The notes: generated by a model from the sequence alone, not told the origin. 64,000 nucleotides of DNA from Acidobacteriota bacterium (GCA_963663035.1 OY760074.1:214358-278357); one strand, 5' to 3'. Positions 38,319-47,031 are shown, numbered from the stretch's first letter. Program-made: numbers and translations.

Positions 38319-39177
38319 CGGACTTTCTCACCACAATAAAGAGGGTTGGGGCCAGGGGAAGGAAGCTCTTTCGATTCACAAAAGGAAAGTCGAGAAATTT
38401 CAGCGGGAACAGCAGTACGCAAAAAATCAGAGAGAGAGAAGCCTTGATCTTCTCCTGGCCAAAACTGAAAAGGATGGAAAGGAACTCGATCAGACAGACC
38501 AGTCCCAGGGTCACAGGACCTGTGGCGTTGATTTGCTCGATCATTTCCCACTCCTTGAACAAAGCCTCCTGTCCTTTATGAGTATACCGCTGAAAGTCAT
38601 GTGGGGAGGCATGAAAGGGGAACAGAAACGGGATCAAGTGCAGACCCAGACCTCCCGGTCTGGTGCAGCGGTCGAATTGTTGGATGACCAGGGAGTTGTC
38701 GGAAATATGCTCCAGAACGCTTCGAGAGACAAAGGCATCCACGCTGTCGCTCTTAAACGGGAGCATCTTCAGATCGCACACCACATCCACGGCGTCATAG
38801 TCAAAGAAGTCAAGGGTGATGATATTTTCATCCATCCGGTAATTCCCACAACCCACATCAACCACGATCTGCCGGGCCGGATCGAGACGCTGACAGATCT
38901 TGCCCCGAAAGTTGAACGGATAGGTGGGCGCAATCACATTGCGGCCGATCGTGTAATAGTATCGACCCAGCCACTTCTTCAGGAAGCCTTTGAGCTTGTC
39001 CAACTCGTCGACTCTCTCCGGCACTGAGACGAAGTAAATCTTTCCGCGCTGGATGGAATAGGCGGCCTGGCAGGGCTGGCAAGTCGCCTGGTCCAGCGTA
39101 TAGTGCAAGTTCCCCTGACAGGCGGGACAGGCTAGGATGGGTTTTAGACGCTCCAGGCGATGGTTGGAATCGCTCAT
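38311..39177 (-). CDS. SAM-dependent methyltransferase with N-terminal Trm112-like zinc ribbon and C-terminal TM segments
   Basis: CPACQG...CQPCQ ribbon. VVDVGCGN motif I. Hydrophobic C-terminus. Confidence 0.6.
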   Translation of the reverse strand: MSDSNHRLERLKPILACPACQGNLHYTLDQATCQPCQAAYSIQRGKIYFVSVPERVDELDKLKGFLKKWLGRYYYTIGRNVIAPTYPFNFRGKICQRLDPARQIVVDVGCGNYRMDENIITLDFFDYDAVDVVCDLKMLPFKSDSVDAFVSRSVLEHISDNSLVIQQFDRCTRPGGLGLHLIPFLFPFHASPHDFQRYTHKGQEALFKEWEMIEQINATGPVTLGLVCLIEFLSILFSFGQEKIKASLSLIFCVLLFPLKFLDFPFVNRKSFLPLAPTLFIVVRKSGA

Positions 39178-39185
39178 GGATTCCC

Positions 39186-40211
39186 TTAACTGGCCAAAAT
39201 CTCCAACTTGCCCTGATTCTTCATCGATCGGGTAGCGGACTCAAGGATTTTGACGACGCGTAATCCGCTTTCTCCATCCGTTAAGGGTGTTTCACCCCTA
39301 TCGATGCACTGGATGAAGTGAGACACCTCCGCTCGCAAGGCTTCGGTCCTGTCCAACTGAGGGGCCAACATGTCGCCCGATCGATATCCGACAAGCATCT
39401 CGTAGATGCTCTTCTGGTCTGCAGCAACATCGATTCCCTTATCGTACACCTTGACCTTCTCGCTGGGCTCAAGATCGTCGTAAACCACCATATTCTTGCT
39501 TCCGCTGATCAGAGTACGACGAATTTTGACCGGTGCAAGCCAATTGACGTGAAGATGGGCAATCAAGGAGTTATCGAAGAACAGCGTCAGAAAGGCTATA
39601 TTCTCGGGCTGGTCCTGGACATGGCTCATCCCGGTTGCAGACACCGAGCGCGGCTGGGTGGAAAGGATGTAGTCCATGATCGACAGATCGTGGACGGCCA
39701 GATCCCAGATCACGTTGACATCATGCTGAAACAGTCCGAGATTAATGCGGACCGAATCGTAATAGAAAATATCTCCTAGCTTTCCGTTTTGGACCAACTC
39801 TTTGATCTTCTTTACGGCGCCCGTGTAGATAAAAGTGTGGTCAACCATCAACACCCGATTCTTCCCGGCGCTTTGTTCGATCAGTTGTTGAGCTTGTTCT
39901 GAACTGGAGGCCAGGGGCTTTGTGACCAGGACGTGTTTCCCTTCCTGAAGCGCCCGATTGGCCAGATCAAAGTGGGTCGAAACGGGTGTGGCGATCACCA
40001 CTGCATCTACAGTCGTGTCGGTGATGAGCTCGTGAGGGTCCGTTGTGACTTTGACTCCATGATAAAGCTGTTGTGCTTCAGCCAGCCTCTCCTGATCCAG
40101 ATCAGAAATAGCCACCACCTGGCTTGCCGGAGTCAGAGCGAAATTCCGAACCAGATTCGGTCCCCAATAACCGTAACCGATCACCCCAACCCGAATCATT
40201 TGTCTTGCCAA
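39186..40211 (-). CDS. Gfo/Idh/MocA-family NAD(P)-dependent sugar(-nucleotide) dehydrogenase
   Basis: IRVGVIGYGYWGPN Rossmann start, EKP-like LVTKPLA, C-terminal alpha/beta domain. WbpB/UDP-sugar 3-dehydrogenase-like. Confidence 0.8.
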   Translation of the reverse strand: MARQMIRVGVIGYGYWGPNLVRNFALTPASQVVAISDLDQERLAEAQQLYHGVKVTTDPHELITDTTVDAVVIATPVSTHFDLANRALQEGKHVLVTKPLASSSEQAQQLIEQSAGKNRVLMVDHTFIYTGAVKKIKELVQNGKLGDIFYYDSVRINLGLFQHDVNVIWDLAVHDLSIMDYILSTQPRSVSATGMSHVQDQPENIAFLTLFFDNSLIAHLHVNWLAPVKIRRTLISGSKNMVVYDDLEPSEKVKVYDKGIDVAADQKSIYEMLVGYRSGDMLAPQLDRTEALRAEVSHFIQCIDRGETPLTDGESGLRVVKILESATRSMKNQGKLEILAS

Positions 40212-40320
40212 GCCTCCTGGATAGAATGAGAAATTGGACTCTTGAGTCTTCAGAAGGGACTGATGAGGGACAGTTTGATAGTCACCAATTCATGGTAACA
40301 CGGAACTCGCTTCGTTCGAC

Positions 40321-40346
40321 GAGTGAGTCCGGTCACCGACTCACTC
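40321..40346. terminator. 9-bp-stem hairpin overlapping the thiolase stop codon
   Basis: GAGTGAGTC-CGGTCACC-GACTCACTC. No U-tract. Confidence 0.3.
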
Positions 40347-41549
40347 GGTCTCGACGGCCACTGCCACGGCTTCTCCTCCTCCCAAACAGAGGGAGGCGAT
40401 GCCCGAGTGCAGTCCCCGATCTTTGAGGGCATGGACGAGGGTTGTGAGCAAGCGAGCGCCGGTGGCTCCCAGAGGATGGCCCAGCGCAATGGCACCGCCA
40501 TTGACGTTGACCTTGTTCCAATCCCACCCCATATCGGAAAGCTCGGAGCCGTTGGCCAGAACCTGGGCAGCAAAGGCTTCGTTCAGCTCGATGAGATCCA
40601 CATCTGACAGCTTCCAGCCGGTTTTCTCGAGCAGGAGAGGGATCGCTTTGGCGGGGGCAGCAAAAATGTATTTTGGGTCCACCGCCGCCTGGGCATAGCC
40701 GACGATGCGAGCCAGGACCGTGGCGCCAAGCGCCTCGGCCTGGGTCTGGCTGGCCAGGACCAGGGCTGCTGCTGCATCGTTGAGGCCAGGGGAGTTGCCC
40801 GCGGTGACTTTACCGTCAGGCTTGAAGATGGGTTTGAGCTTCTTGAGCGCTTTCAGCGAGGTATCCCGACGAGGTGCTTCATCCGTATCAATCACACTCA
40901 TCTGAGCCTTACGTCCTTTGACGGTGAGCGGGACAATCTCCTGCTTGAACCTGCCGCCATCGATTGCAGCGACCGCCTTCTCATGACTCGAGAGTGCAAA
41001 GCGATCCATGGCCTCGCGAGTGATCCCAAATTCATCGGCTATAAACTCAGCGGCCTCTCCCATGACCCAGTCCTCAAAGGCGCACCAGAGACCATCGACC
41101 ACCAGGGCATCTCTCAGCCCGGCGTTTCCGTAGCGCAGCTGATCCATGCGGCCATCCAGGATGTGGGGAGCCCGACTCATGCTCTCCACACCCCCCACTA
41201 CGAACAAGTTCCCGTCCTCTGCTCGGATGGCCTGCGCCGCCAGCATCACGGCTTTGAGACTCGAGCCGCAAACCTTATTGATGGTGGTGGCACCGACCGT
41301 GCTGGGGAGTCCACCGAAAATAGCGGACTGGCGAGCGATGTTCTGGCCCAGGCCAGCTGAAACGACGTTCCCCATGAGCACTTCATCAATCTTTGCAAGA
41401 TCTGGCAATGCTGCTCTTTCCACTGCCGCACGAACAACCGAAGCGCCCAATTCCGCAGCCGGGACCGGAGCCAGGGCCGATCGAAAGCGACCAATCGGTG
41501 TGCGCACAGCGCTCAAAATCACCGCACTGTCCAATCTGTTTAAGCTCAC
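40341..41549 (-). CDS. Acetyl-CoA C-acetyltransferase (thiolase II)
   Basis: 402 aa. AVRTPIGRF, NKVCGSSLKAV (active-site Cys) and C-terminal GGGEAVAV are canonical thiolase motifs. Confidence 0.85.
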   Translation of the reverse strand: MSLNRLDSAVILSAVRTPIGRFRSALAPVPAAELGASVVRAAVERAALPDLAKIDEVLMGNVVSAGLGQNIARQSAIFGGLPSTVGATTINKVCGSSLKAVMLAAQAIRAEDGNLFVVGGVESMSRAPHILDGRMDQLRYGNAGLRDALVVDGLWCAFEDWVMGEAAEFIADEFGITREAMDRFALSSHEKAVAAIDGGRFKQEIVPLTVKGRKAQMSVIDTDEAPRRDTSLKALKKLKPIFKPDGKVTAGNSPGLNDAAAALVLASQTQAEALGATVLARIVGYAQAAVDPKYIFAAPAKAIPLLLEKTGWKLSDVDLIELNEAFAAQVLANGSELSDMGWDWNKVNVNGGAIALGHPLGATGARLLTTLVHALKDRGLHSGIASLCLGGGEAVAVAVETE

Positions 41550-41903
41550 TGTTAATGACCTCCTAGATGCCTTCTTTGAGCAATTTCCTTACAAATGAGA
41601 CAAGCTTTACTTGAAGGCTTCATTCCGGGATTCTGGCAGCGGGTGTTCAGGGAGGTCAAGATCGAGGCCGCACAAGCCCTTCGACCGCAGGCGTTGCCTA
41701 AGGCTACGTCGAGGATCGAAGGGCGCGGAGAACGAAGAGCTTGGCCTTCCTGGACACCCGCGCTAACCCTGAAACACAAGTCGTACCAATATCTTATCAT
41801 TCACGAAAGAGCTACTCCCAGAGCTGCCAGGCGAGTGACCGAAGTTTGGGCAGAAAACGAAGTCATTGTAAGCTGTGGCGAACGAGAGGGAGATTCTTTG
41901 AGC

Positions 41904-44078
41904 ATGATTAGGCGGTATCTTGGTTTAGGCGTCATTCTGTTCAGCTGGTCTGCGTCCTCTGGACTTGCTGCCCAGGACGGTGCGGTGGAAGGCTCCGCAG
42001 AAAAAGTCACCACGGCTCAACGGATCGACACCAAGCTTGTCATCGATGGCGAACTTGACGAACCCGAATGGGATCTTGTGGAACCTATCAGCGATTTTGT
42101 TCAACAGGACCCGAGCCCAGGCGAGGCCATAACCGAGCGAACCGAGGTTCGAATTCTCTACGATGATGAATTTCTCTACTTCGGTATTTACTGCTTCGAT
42201 TCAGAAGGTGAGGAAGGGATTCTTGTCACCAATTTGCAAAGAGATTTTCGTCCCTTGGACGGCGATGTGTTTAGCCTGCTTCTGGATACTTTCGATGACG
42301 ATCGCAACGGATTTCTCTTGAGTACCAACCCCTTCGGAGCCAAACGCGACACCCAGGTCGGAGAGGACGGAAGGATGAGTAATGGGGATTGGGATGGGAT
42401 CTGGCATGTCCAAAGCAAGATCACTGAAAGTGGCTGGCAAGCGGAAATGGCGATCCCCTTTACGACCCTCCGCTTTCGGAATACAGAAGAGCAGGTCTGG
42501 GGTCTGAACCTCCAACGACGCATCCGTCGTAAGAATGAGAGTGCCCACTGGGCTCCTATTCCACGCCAGTACAGAATCAGTCGCATCTCACGAGCCGGAA
42601 GACTGGAGGGTCTCAGCGGGATCCGGCCCGGCCGCAATCTGTATGTCAAGCCCTATATCAGCATGCCGGTCACGCGTCGGCAGGATGACGACGTCGATTT
42701 TCTTCCCGATGCTGGATTGGACCTGAAGTATGGGCTGAGTTCCGAGTTGACCCTGGATTTGACGGCCAACACAGACTTCTCACAGGTGGAAGCCGATGAT
42801 CAGCAGATCAACCTGACTCGATTCAGCCTCTTCTTTCCAGAGAAGCGGGACTTTTTTCTGGAAAATGCCTCAGCCTTCCAGTTTGGCCCGCCAGGTGGTG
42901 GGGGTCTCCTGGGTGGTTTTCGGGACTTGATTCCCTTTTTCAGCCGACGAATTGGACTTTCCCAGGGCAGTCTCGTTCCGATACTGGGAGGAGCCCGCAT
43001 GACGGGGAAGGTCGGGGACTACACTGTGGGTCTCCTTTCCCTGCAGGACGATGATTTCGAGGGGACTCCCTCTACCAACTTCTCGGTGATGCGGGTGCGT
43101 CGAGATGTTCTCAGCAACTCATCGATGGGAGGAATTTTTGTCAACAAACATGAACTGGACGGTGATTCCAATCGCACCTACGGAGCCGATGTCAATTTCA
43201 GCTTCTATAGGTTTCTGGATGTCTCCACTTTCCTACTCAAGACCGACACTCCCGAATTCCAGGACAAGGATCTGGCCGGCTTTTTCAGGGCCGCCTGGAG
43301 AGGCCCGCTGCTGACGGTCCAGGCAGACCATCTCTCCATTCAAGAAAACTTCAACGCGGAAGTAGGCTTTATTCCCCGTAAAGACATCCGGAAAACAACG
43401 GGAACGTTTGGGATACGGCCGAGGCCCCGCGAGCGGATCCCCTGGATTCGTGAATTCGAACCCTCCATCTCCATGACCTATCTTACCGACCAGGAAAACG
43501 TCCTGCAGACGCGAACCATCAACGGTCGCTTCTCAGTCAGGTTTCAAAATGAGGAACTGATCTGGTTTGCTGCCCAGTCGCGGTTTGAGCTCTTGACTGA
43601 AGACTTCGACATCCGGAGCGATCAGATGATTCCCGCAGGAGGCTATCAGTTCAATGAGTACACACTTTCGCTCCAAAGTAATGCTAGCCGTATGTTCAGT
43701 GGGAGCTTCAGAGCGGTCACGGGAGATTTCTGGGACGGTGAGAAGGACTCCTATCGTTTCAGCTTTCGCTTTCAACCCATGCCCCAATTTCGATCAGAGA
43801 TCACCTGGAGCCACGACGATGTCAGGCTGCCCTCAGGGGATTTTGACACCGAGCTGGTCACCACTCGTCTGAACTATAGCTTCAACCCCAGCATGTTTCT
43901 CAATGCCCTGATCCAGTACAACAGCGATCGGAAGGAGCTCCGCAGCAATATTCGTTTCAATTTGATTCACAAGCCACTGAGCGACTTTTTCCTGGTCTAC
44001 AACGAGCGGAGATCTTCAACGGGAGACGTAGCGGAACGAGCACTCATTGCCAAGGTGACCTACGTCATTGGCCTCTAG
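41904..44078 (+). CDS. Secreted CBM9-like/DUF5916-type protein
   Basis: Start MIRRYLGLGVILFSWSASSGLAAQ (signal). LDEPEW...FLYFGIYC resembles carbohydrate-binding family 9-like modules followed by a large beta-rich domain. The upstream in-frame extension to 41595 has no start support. The TAG stop is part of the MITE flank CTAG. Confidence 0.5.
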   Translation: MIRRYLGLGVILFSWSASSGLAAQDGAVEGSAEKVTTAQRIDTKLVIDGELDEPEWDLVEPISDFVQQDPSPGEAITERTEVRILYDDEFLYFGIYCFDSEGEEGILVTNLQRDFRPLDGDVFSLLLDTFDDDRNGFLLSTNPFGAKRDTQVGEDGRMSNGDWDGIWHVQSKITESGWQAEMAIPFTTLRFRNTEEQVWGLNLQRRIRRKNESAHWAPIPRQYRISRISRAGRLEGLSGIRPGRNLYVKPYISMPVTRRQDDDVDFLPDAGLDLKYGLSSELTLDLTANTDFSQVEADDQQINLTRFSLFFPEKRDFFLENASAFQFGPPGGGGLLGGFRDLIPFFSRRIGLSQGSLVPILGGARMTGKVGDYTVGLLSLQDDDFEGTPSTNFSVMRVRRDVLSNSSMGGIFVNKHELDGDSNRTYGADVNFSFYRFLDVSTFLLKTDTPEFQDKDLAGFFRAAWRGPLLTVQADHLSIQENFNAEVGFIPRKDIRKTTGTFGIRPRPRERIPWIREFEPSISMTYLTDQENVLQTRTINGRFSVRFQNEELIWFAAQSRFELLTEDFDIRSDQMIPAGGYQFNEYTLSLQSNASRMFSGSFRAVTGDFWDGEKDSYRFSFRFQPMPQFRSEITWSHDDVRLPSGDFDTELVTTRLNYSFNPSMFLNALIQYNSDRKELRSNIRFNLIHKPLSDFFLVYNERRSSTGDVAERALIAKVTYVIGL

Positions 44079-44228
44079 CCGGGATTATGCATAAATTTTC
44101 TACTGCAGTGCCGCAATCATCCACGCTGACTGCGTTGTGCGACCCGCAAGCGGGTACCCCTTCGCACGCCTTGTCATCGCGGCGCCTGCGGCACTTCGTC
44201 ACGAAAACCTATGCATAATCCCGGCTAG
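44075..44228. mobile_element. MITE family A, copy 4 (154 bp including CTAG flanks)
   Basis: CTAGCCGGGATTATGCATAAATTTTCTACTGCAGTGCCGC ... CTATGCATAATCCCGGCTAG. The left CTAG overlaps the TAG stop of the upstream gene. Confidence 0.7.
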
Positions 44229-44240
44229 TCCATCCTGAGC

Positions 44241-44255
44241 TTTACAAAAACTTAC
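44241..44255. promoter_or_regulatory. TTTAC-N5-CTTAC direct repeat 45 nt upstream of the EF-hand/redoxin gene
   Basis: TTTACAAAAACTTAC. Same sequence and same orientation relative to the gene as the motif upstream of the Spy/CpxP-like gene. Confidence 0.3.
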
Positions 44256-44299
44256 AAACTCCTGCTACACATCTAAGCCTGGGGTTCGTACTATACAAT

Positions 44300-46003
44300 A
44301 TGAAAATGAAGTTATCGGTTGGACTTTTGGCTACCTTGATGGGGCTGTTGTTGTCTCAGTCCGGGCTTGCCCAGCGGCAACCCGATCCTAATGCAATGTT
44401 CGAGCGACTGGACCAGAACAGGGATGGGGTCTTGACACAGGACGAGCTTCCCGAGCAGCGCCAGGAATTTTTCGATCTGATGCTGCAAAGAGGAGACATC
44501 GACCAGGACGGTCGGCTCACCCAGGAAGAATTCACCGCCAGCCTGAGCGATGCAAGCGGACGTCCCCAGTTCGGCGGCAGGTCTCAACGGGGACGGGGCG
44601 GCGGTCAACCTCGCCCCATGAGGAGGCAGGGCAGGGCTCCCGAAGAGATATTCGAGCAGCTCGACAGCAACGGGGATGGCACAATCACGGCAGACGAAGT
44701 GCCCGAGCAGGCGCAGAGGATTCTGCAGATGGACCGCGATGGTGACGGCGTGATTACCAGGGAGGAGATCTCTCAAGGCCCTCCCGGTGGCCGCTTTGGA
44801 CAGCCCCCAGGTATGGCTCCCGGTGGCCCGGGAGAACGAGCTGAAAGGATGTTCGAGGAGTTGGACAGCAATGGCGACGGACGGGTGACCAAGGAAGAAG
44901 TACCCGACAGGATGGAGCAGTTCCTGGAGCGCTTTGACCGCGATGGGGACGGCATGGTCACCGAGGATGAAGTCTCCGGCCAACCTTTCCAGGGATCAGG
45001 ACCCGCGGTCGGTCAATCTTTGCCCGACCTCCGAGTCTATGACGCCCAGGGCAGGGAATTCCAGTTGAGCAGCCTGAAGGGGAACTATTCGGTTTTGGTT
45101 TTCGGCTGCCTCACCTGACCGCCCTTCTTACGAAACGTCTCCAGTTTGGAGACTATCTACCGCGATTACGCACCTCAAGGTGTCAACTTTTACTATATCT
45201 ATAAAACTCTTGCTCATCCTGAGCTGGACGGCTACATCGAGCCGTTTACGCTCGAGGAGCGGCTGATGCACGTTAAGGAAGCCCAGCGGACACTGGGGAG
45301 CGAGATCACCTGGATCAGTGATTCCATGTCCAATGATTTGAGGCACGCCTTGGGTGATTCGCCCAACTCAGAGTTTGTGGTCGATCCGGCGGGCAAGATA
45401 GTGCGTTTGCGCGCCTGGAGTCGACCCGACGAGCTGCGTAAAGATCTGGAGCAGCTTGTGGGGCCGGTGGAAAATCCCACCAGGGTGTCCGATCTCAACC
45501 TGAAAGTCGAGGCTCCCCCAAAGGTGGCGGCCTCGGGCGTGGTGCCACGAGTGAGGGTTCCCGGCAGGATGTTGACGGTCAGGATCGAGCCGAAGCCGAG
45601 TTCACAGCCCTATTACATGAAGCTGCGAGCTGAAGTGGATCAGCAGTTTCTGCGGGACGGTGAAGGGACTCTGTATGTTGGCTTTCATCCGGATCCCCTC
45701 TACCATGTGCACTGGAATAATTTGGTGGATCCGGTGAAGTATCAAATCACCACACCTGATGGAGTCACCGTGTCGCCGGCAGCGGGTGAAGGTCCCAAGG
45801 TGGAGGAAGCATCGGATATCGATCCGCGTGAGTTCTTAATAGATATCAAGAAGACCGGGGATTCCCAGGATCCGTTGCAATTGGCCGTGCGTTATTTTGC
45901 CTGCAATGACGAGGAAGGCTGGTGTATAGCAGTCTCGCAAGAGTACGCGATTTATCTGGAGCCGGATCGCGACGCCGGCAGGACCTTCCGTCGAGGACGG
46001 TAA
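44300..46003 (+). CDS. Candidate selenoprotein: signal peptide + six EF-hand loops + TlpA/redoxin-like thioredoxin domain with C-L-T-U (TGA at 45116-45118) + about 200-aa C-terminal domain. Alternatively two ORFs (44300-45118 and 45146-46003)
   Basis: The ORFs 44300-45118 and 45146-46003 are in the same frame and separated only by one TGA. The thioredoxin-fold signature GNYSVLVFGCLT-TGA-PPF continues downstream with ...QGVNFYYIY... and ...DSPNSEFVVDPAGKIVRL (cis-Pro and beta-strand region of the TlpA/ResA fold). The downstream ORF has no ATG/SD and starts only with TTG. Confidence 0.5.
45137..45153 (+). other. Hairpin 18 nt downstream of the in-frame TGA, candidate bacterial SECIS apical stem-loop
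   Basis: GTCTCCA-GTT-TGGAGAC, a perfect 7-bp stem with G and U in the loop. Confidence 0.3.
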
Positions 46004-46038
46004 GCCTTAGAACTCACTGCGTTCGCAGACGAAGCGAG

Positions 46039-47031
46039 TTATGGAAGAACTTTGGCTCGGCCAAGCGTGTTTTTATCGGTCCCGAACCAGATTTCTCCAG
46101 AGGAGCTGTCAAACATCATATGGCGCACGGCGCCACCACCACTTGCAATCTTGGTGACGCTGAAAAACTCTCGTGTCGTCGGATCAAAGCCCACGAACTG
46201 GTTGGGATCAGGACCGGTTTCAACGAACCAGAGTCGGTCGCTCGAGTCCACCGCCATTCCGTAGGGTCTGGAATCAGATCCTCCCGGCGAGACCCATTCT
46301 TCCGCCTCCCCAGTGGTGGGGTCCAGATGGCCCAGGGAGCCTCGAGCATAATCGACATACCAGACCTGGTCATCGGAGGTTACCTGTAAACGGCGAGGGC
46401 GGGCATCTTCATTGGGCAAGGTGTACTCTCTCAGCTTCATGGTTTGCGGATCGACGGTGCCGATCTTGTTGGTTCCCACTTCGGCAATCCAGGGCTGGTT
46501 TTTGGAATCGATGACGATCCCATAGGGACGGGCACTGGGAGTTGTGACCCGAATGAGCTGAATCTCACCTGTGGCAGTGGTCCGCTTGCCGATGAAATTC
46601 CCTCCCTGGACGGTAAACCAAATGTCGCCGTTGCCATCAAACACCATGGTGTGAGGATCCTTGGCCTCAGGATCGGGCATTGGGTATTTGGCAATTTCCC
46701 CGGTCTCAGGATCCAGCCTGCCAATGTGGGCGGCTCGGTTTCCCGAGTACCAAACATCGCCTTCCTTATCCACAATCACATTGTGCGGGCCGGTGCCGGG
46801 TGTCAGGTCAAATTTGGTGAATTCCCCGGTGCTGACATCAAAATTCGCTACATAGTGTGATCGTTGTCCCACAAACCAGACCCGACCCTGGCTGTCGACG
46901 AATGGATCACGGGGCCGGCTGTCTTCCCATGGAACCTCCCACTCGAGGATCTCTATCTCCTTCGCGCTGAGATCCGCAACTCCTGCAACCCAAACCAAGC
47001 TCACCAGAAAAACTGTAGCCAGCTTCTTCAT
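46039..47031 (-). CDS. Secreted six-bladed beta-propeller protein, Vgb (streptogramin lyase)/NHL-like
   Basis: 330 aa. Signal peptide. Repeated G.(V/I)W(F/Y)...G.(I/L)G(R/T)(L/V)DP blades. Confidence 0.6.
   Translation of the reverse strand: MKKLATVFLVSLVWVAGVADLSAKEIEILEWEVPWEDSRPRDPFVDSQGRVWFVGQRSHYVANFDVSTGEFTKFDLTPGTGPHNVIVDKEGDVWYSGNRAAHIGRLDPETGEIAKYPMPDPEAKDPHTMVFDGNGDIWFTVQGGNFIGKRTTATGEIQLIRVTTPSARPYGIVIDSKNQPWIAEVGTNKIGTVDPQTMKLREYTLPNEDARPRRLQVTSDDQVWYVDYARGSLGHLDPTTGEAEEWVSPGGSDSRPYGMAVDSSDRLWFVETGPDPNQFVGFDPTTREFFSVTKIASGGGAVRHMMFDSSSGEIWFGTDKNTLGRAKVLP

Noticed and set aside
41550-41903. 354-bp divergent intergenic region as a riboswitch or sRNA locus
   Set aside because: No recognisable conserved riboswitch core or Rho-independent terminator could be identified by eye, so it is left unannotated. 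The 82-aa ORF 41552-41800 has no start context or motif.
45146-46003. Treating 45146-46003 as an independent gene starting at TTG
   Set aside because: No ATG or SD. Its first residues complete a thioredoxin fold begun in the upstream ORF in the same frame, so read-through of the TGA (Sec) or a pseudogene is more parsimonious. Two-ORF annotation is kept as the alternative in the feature call.
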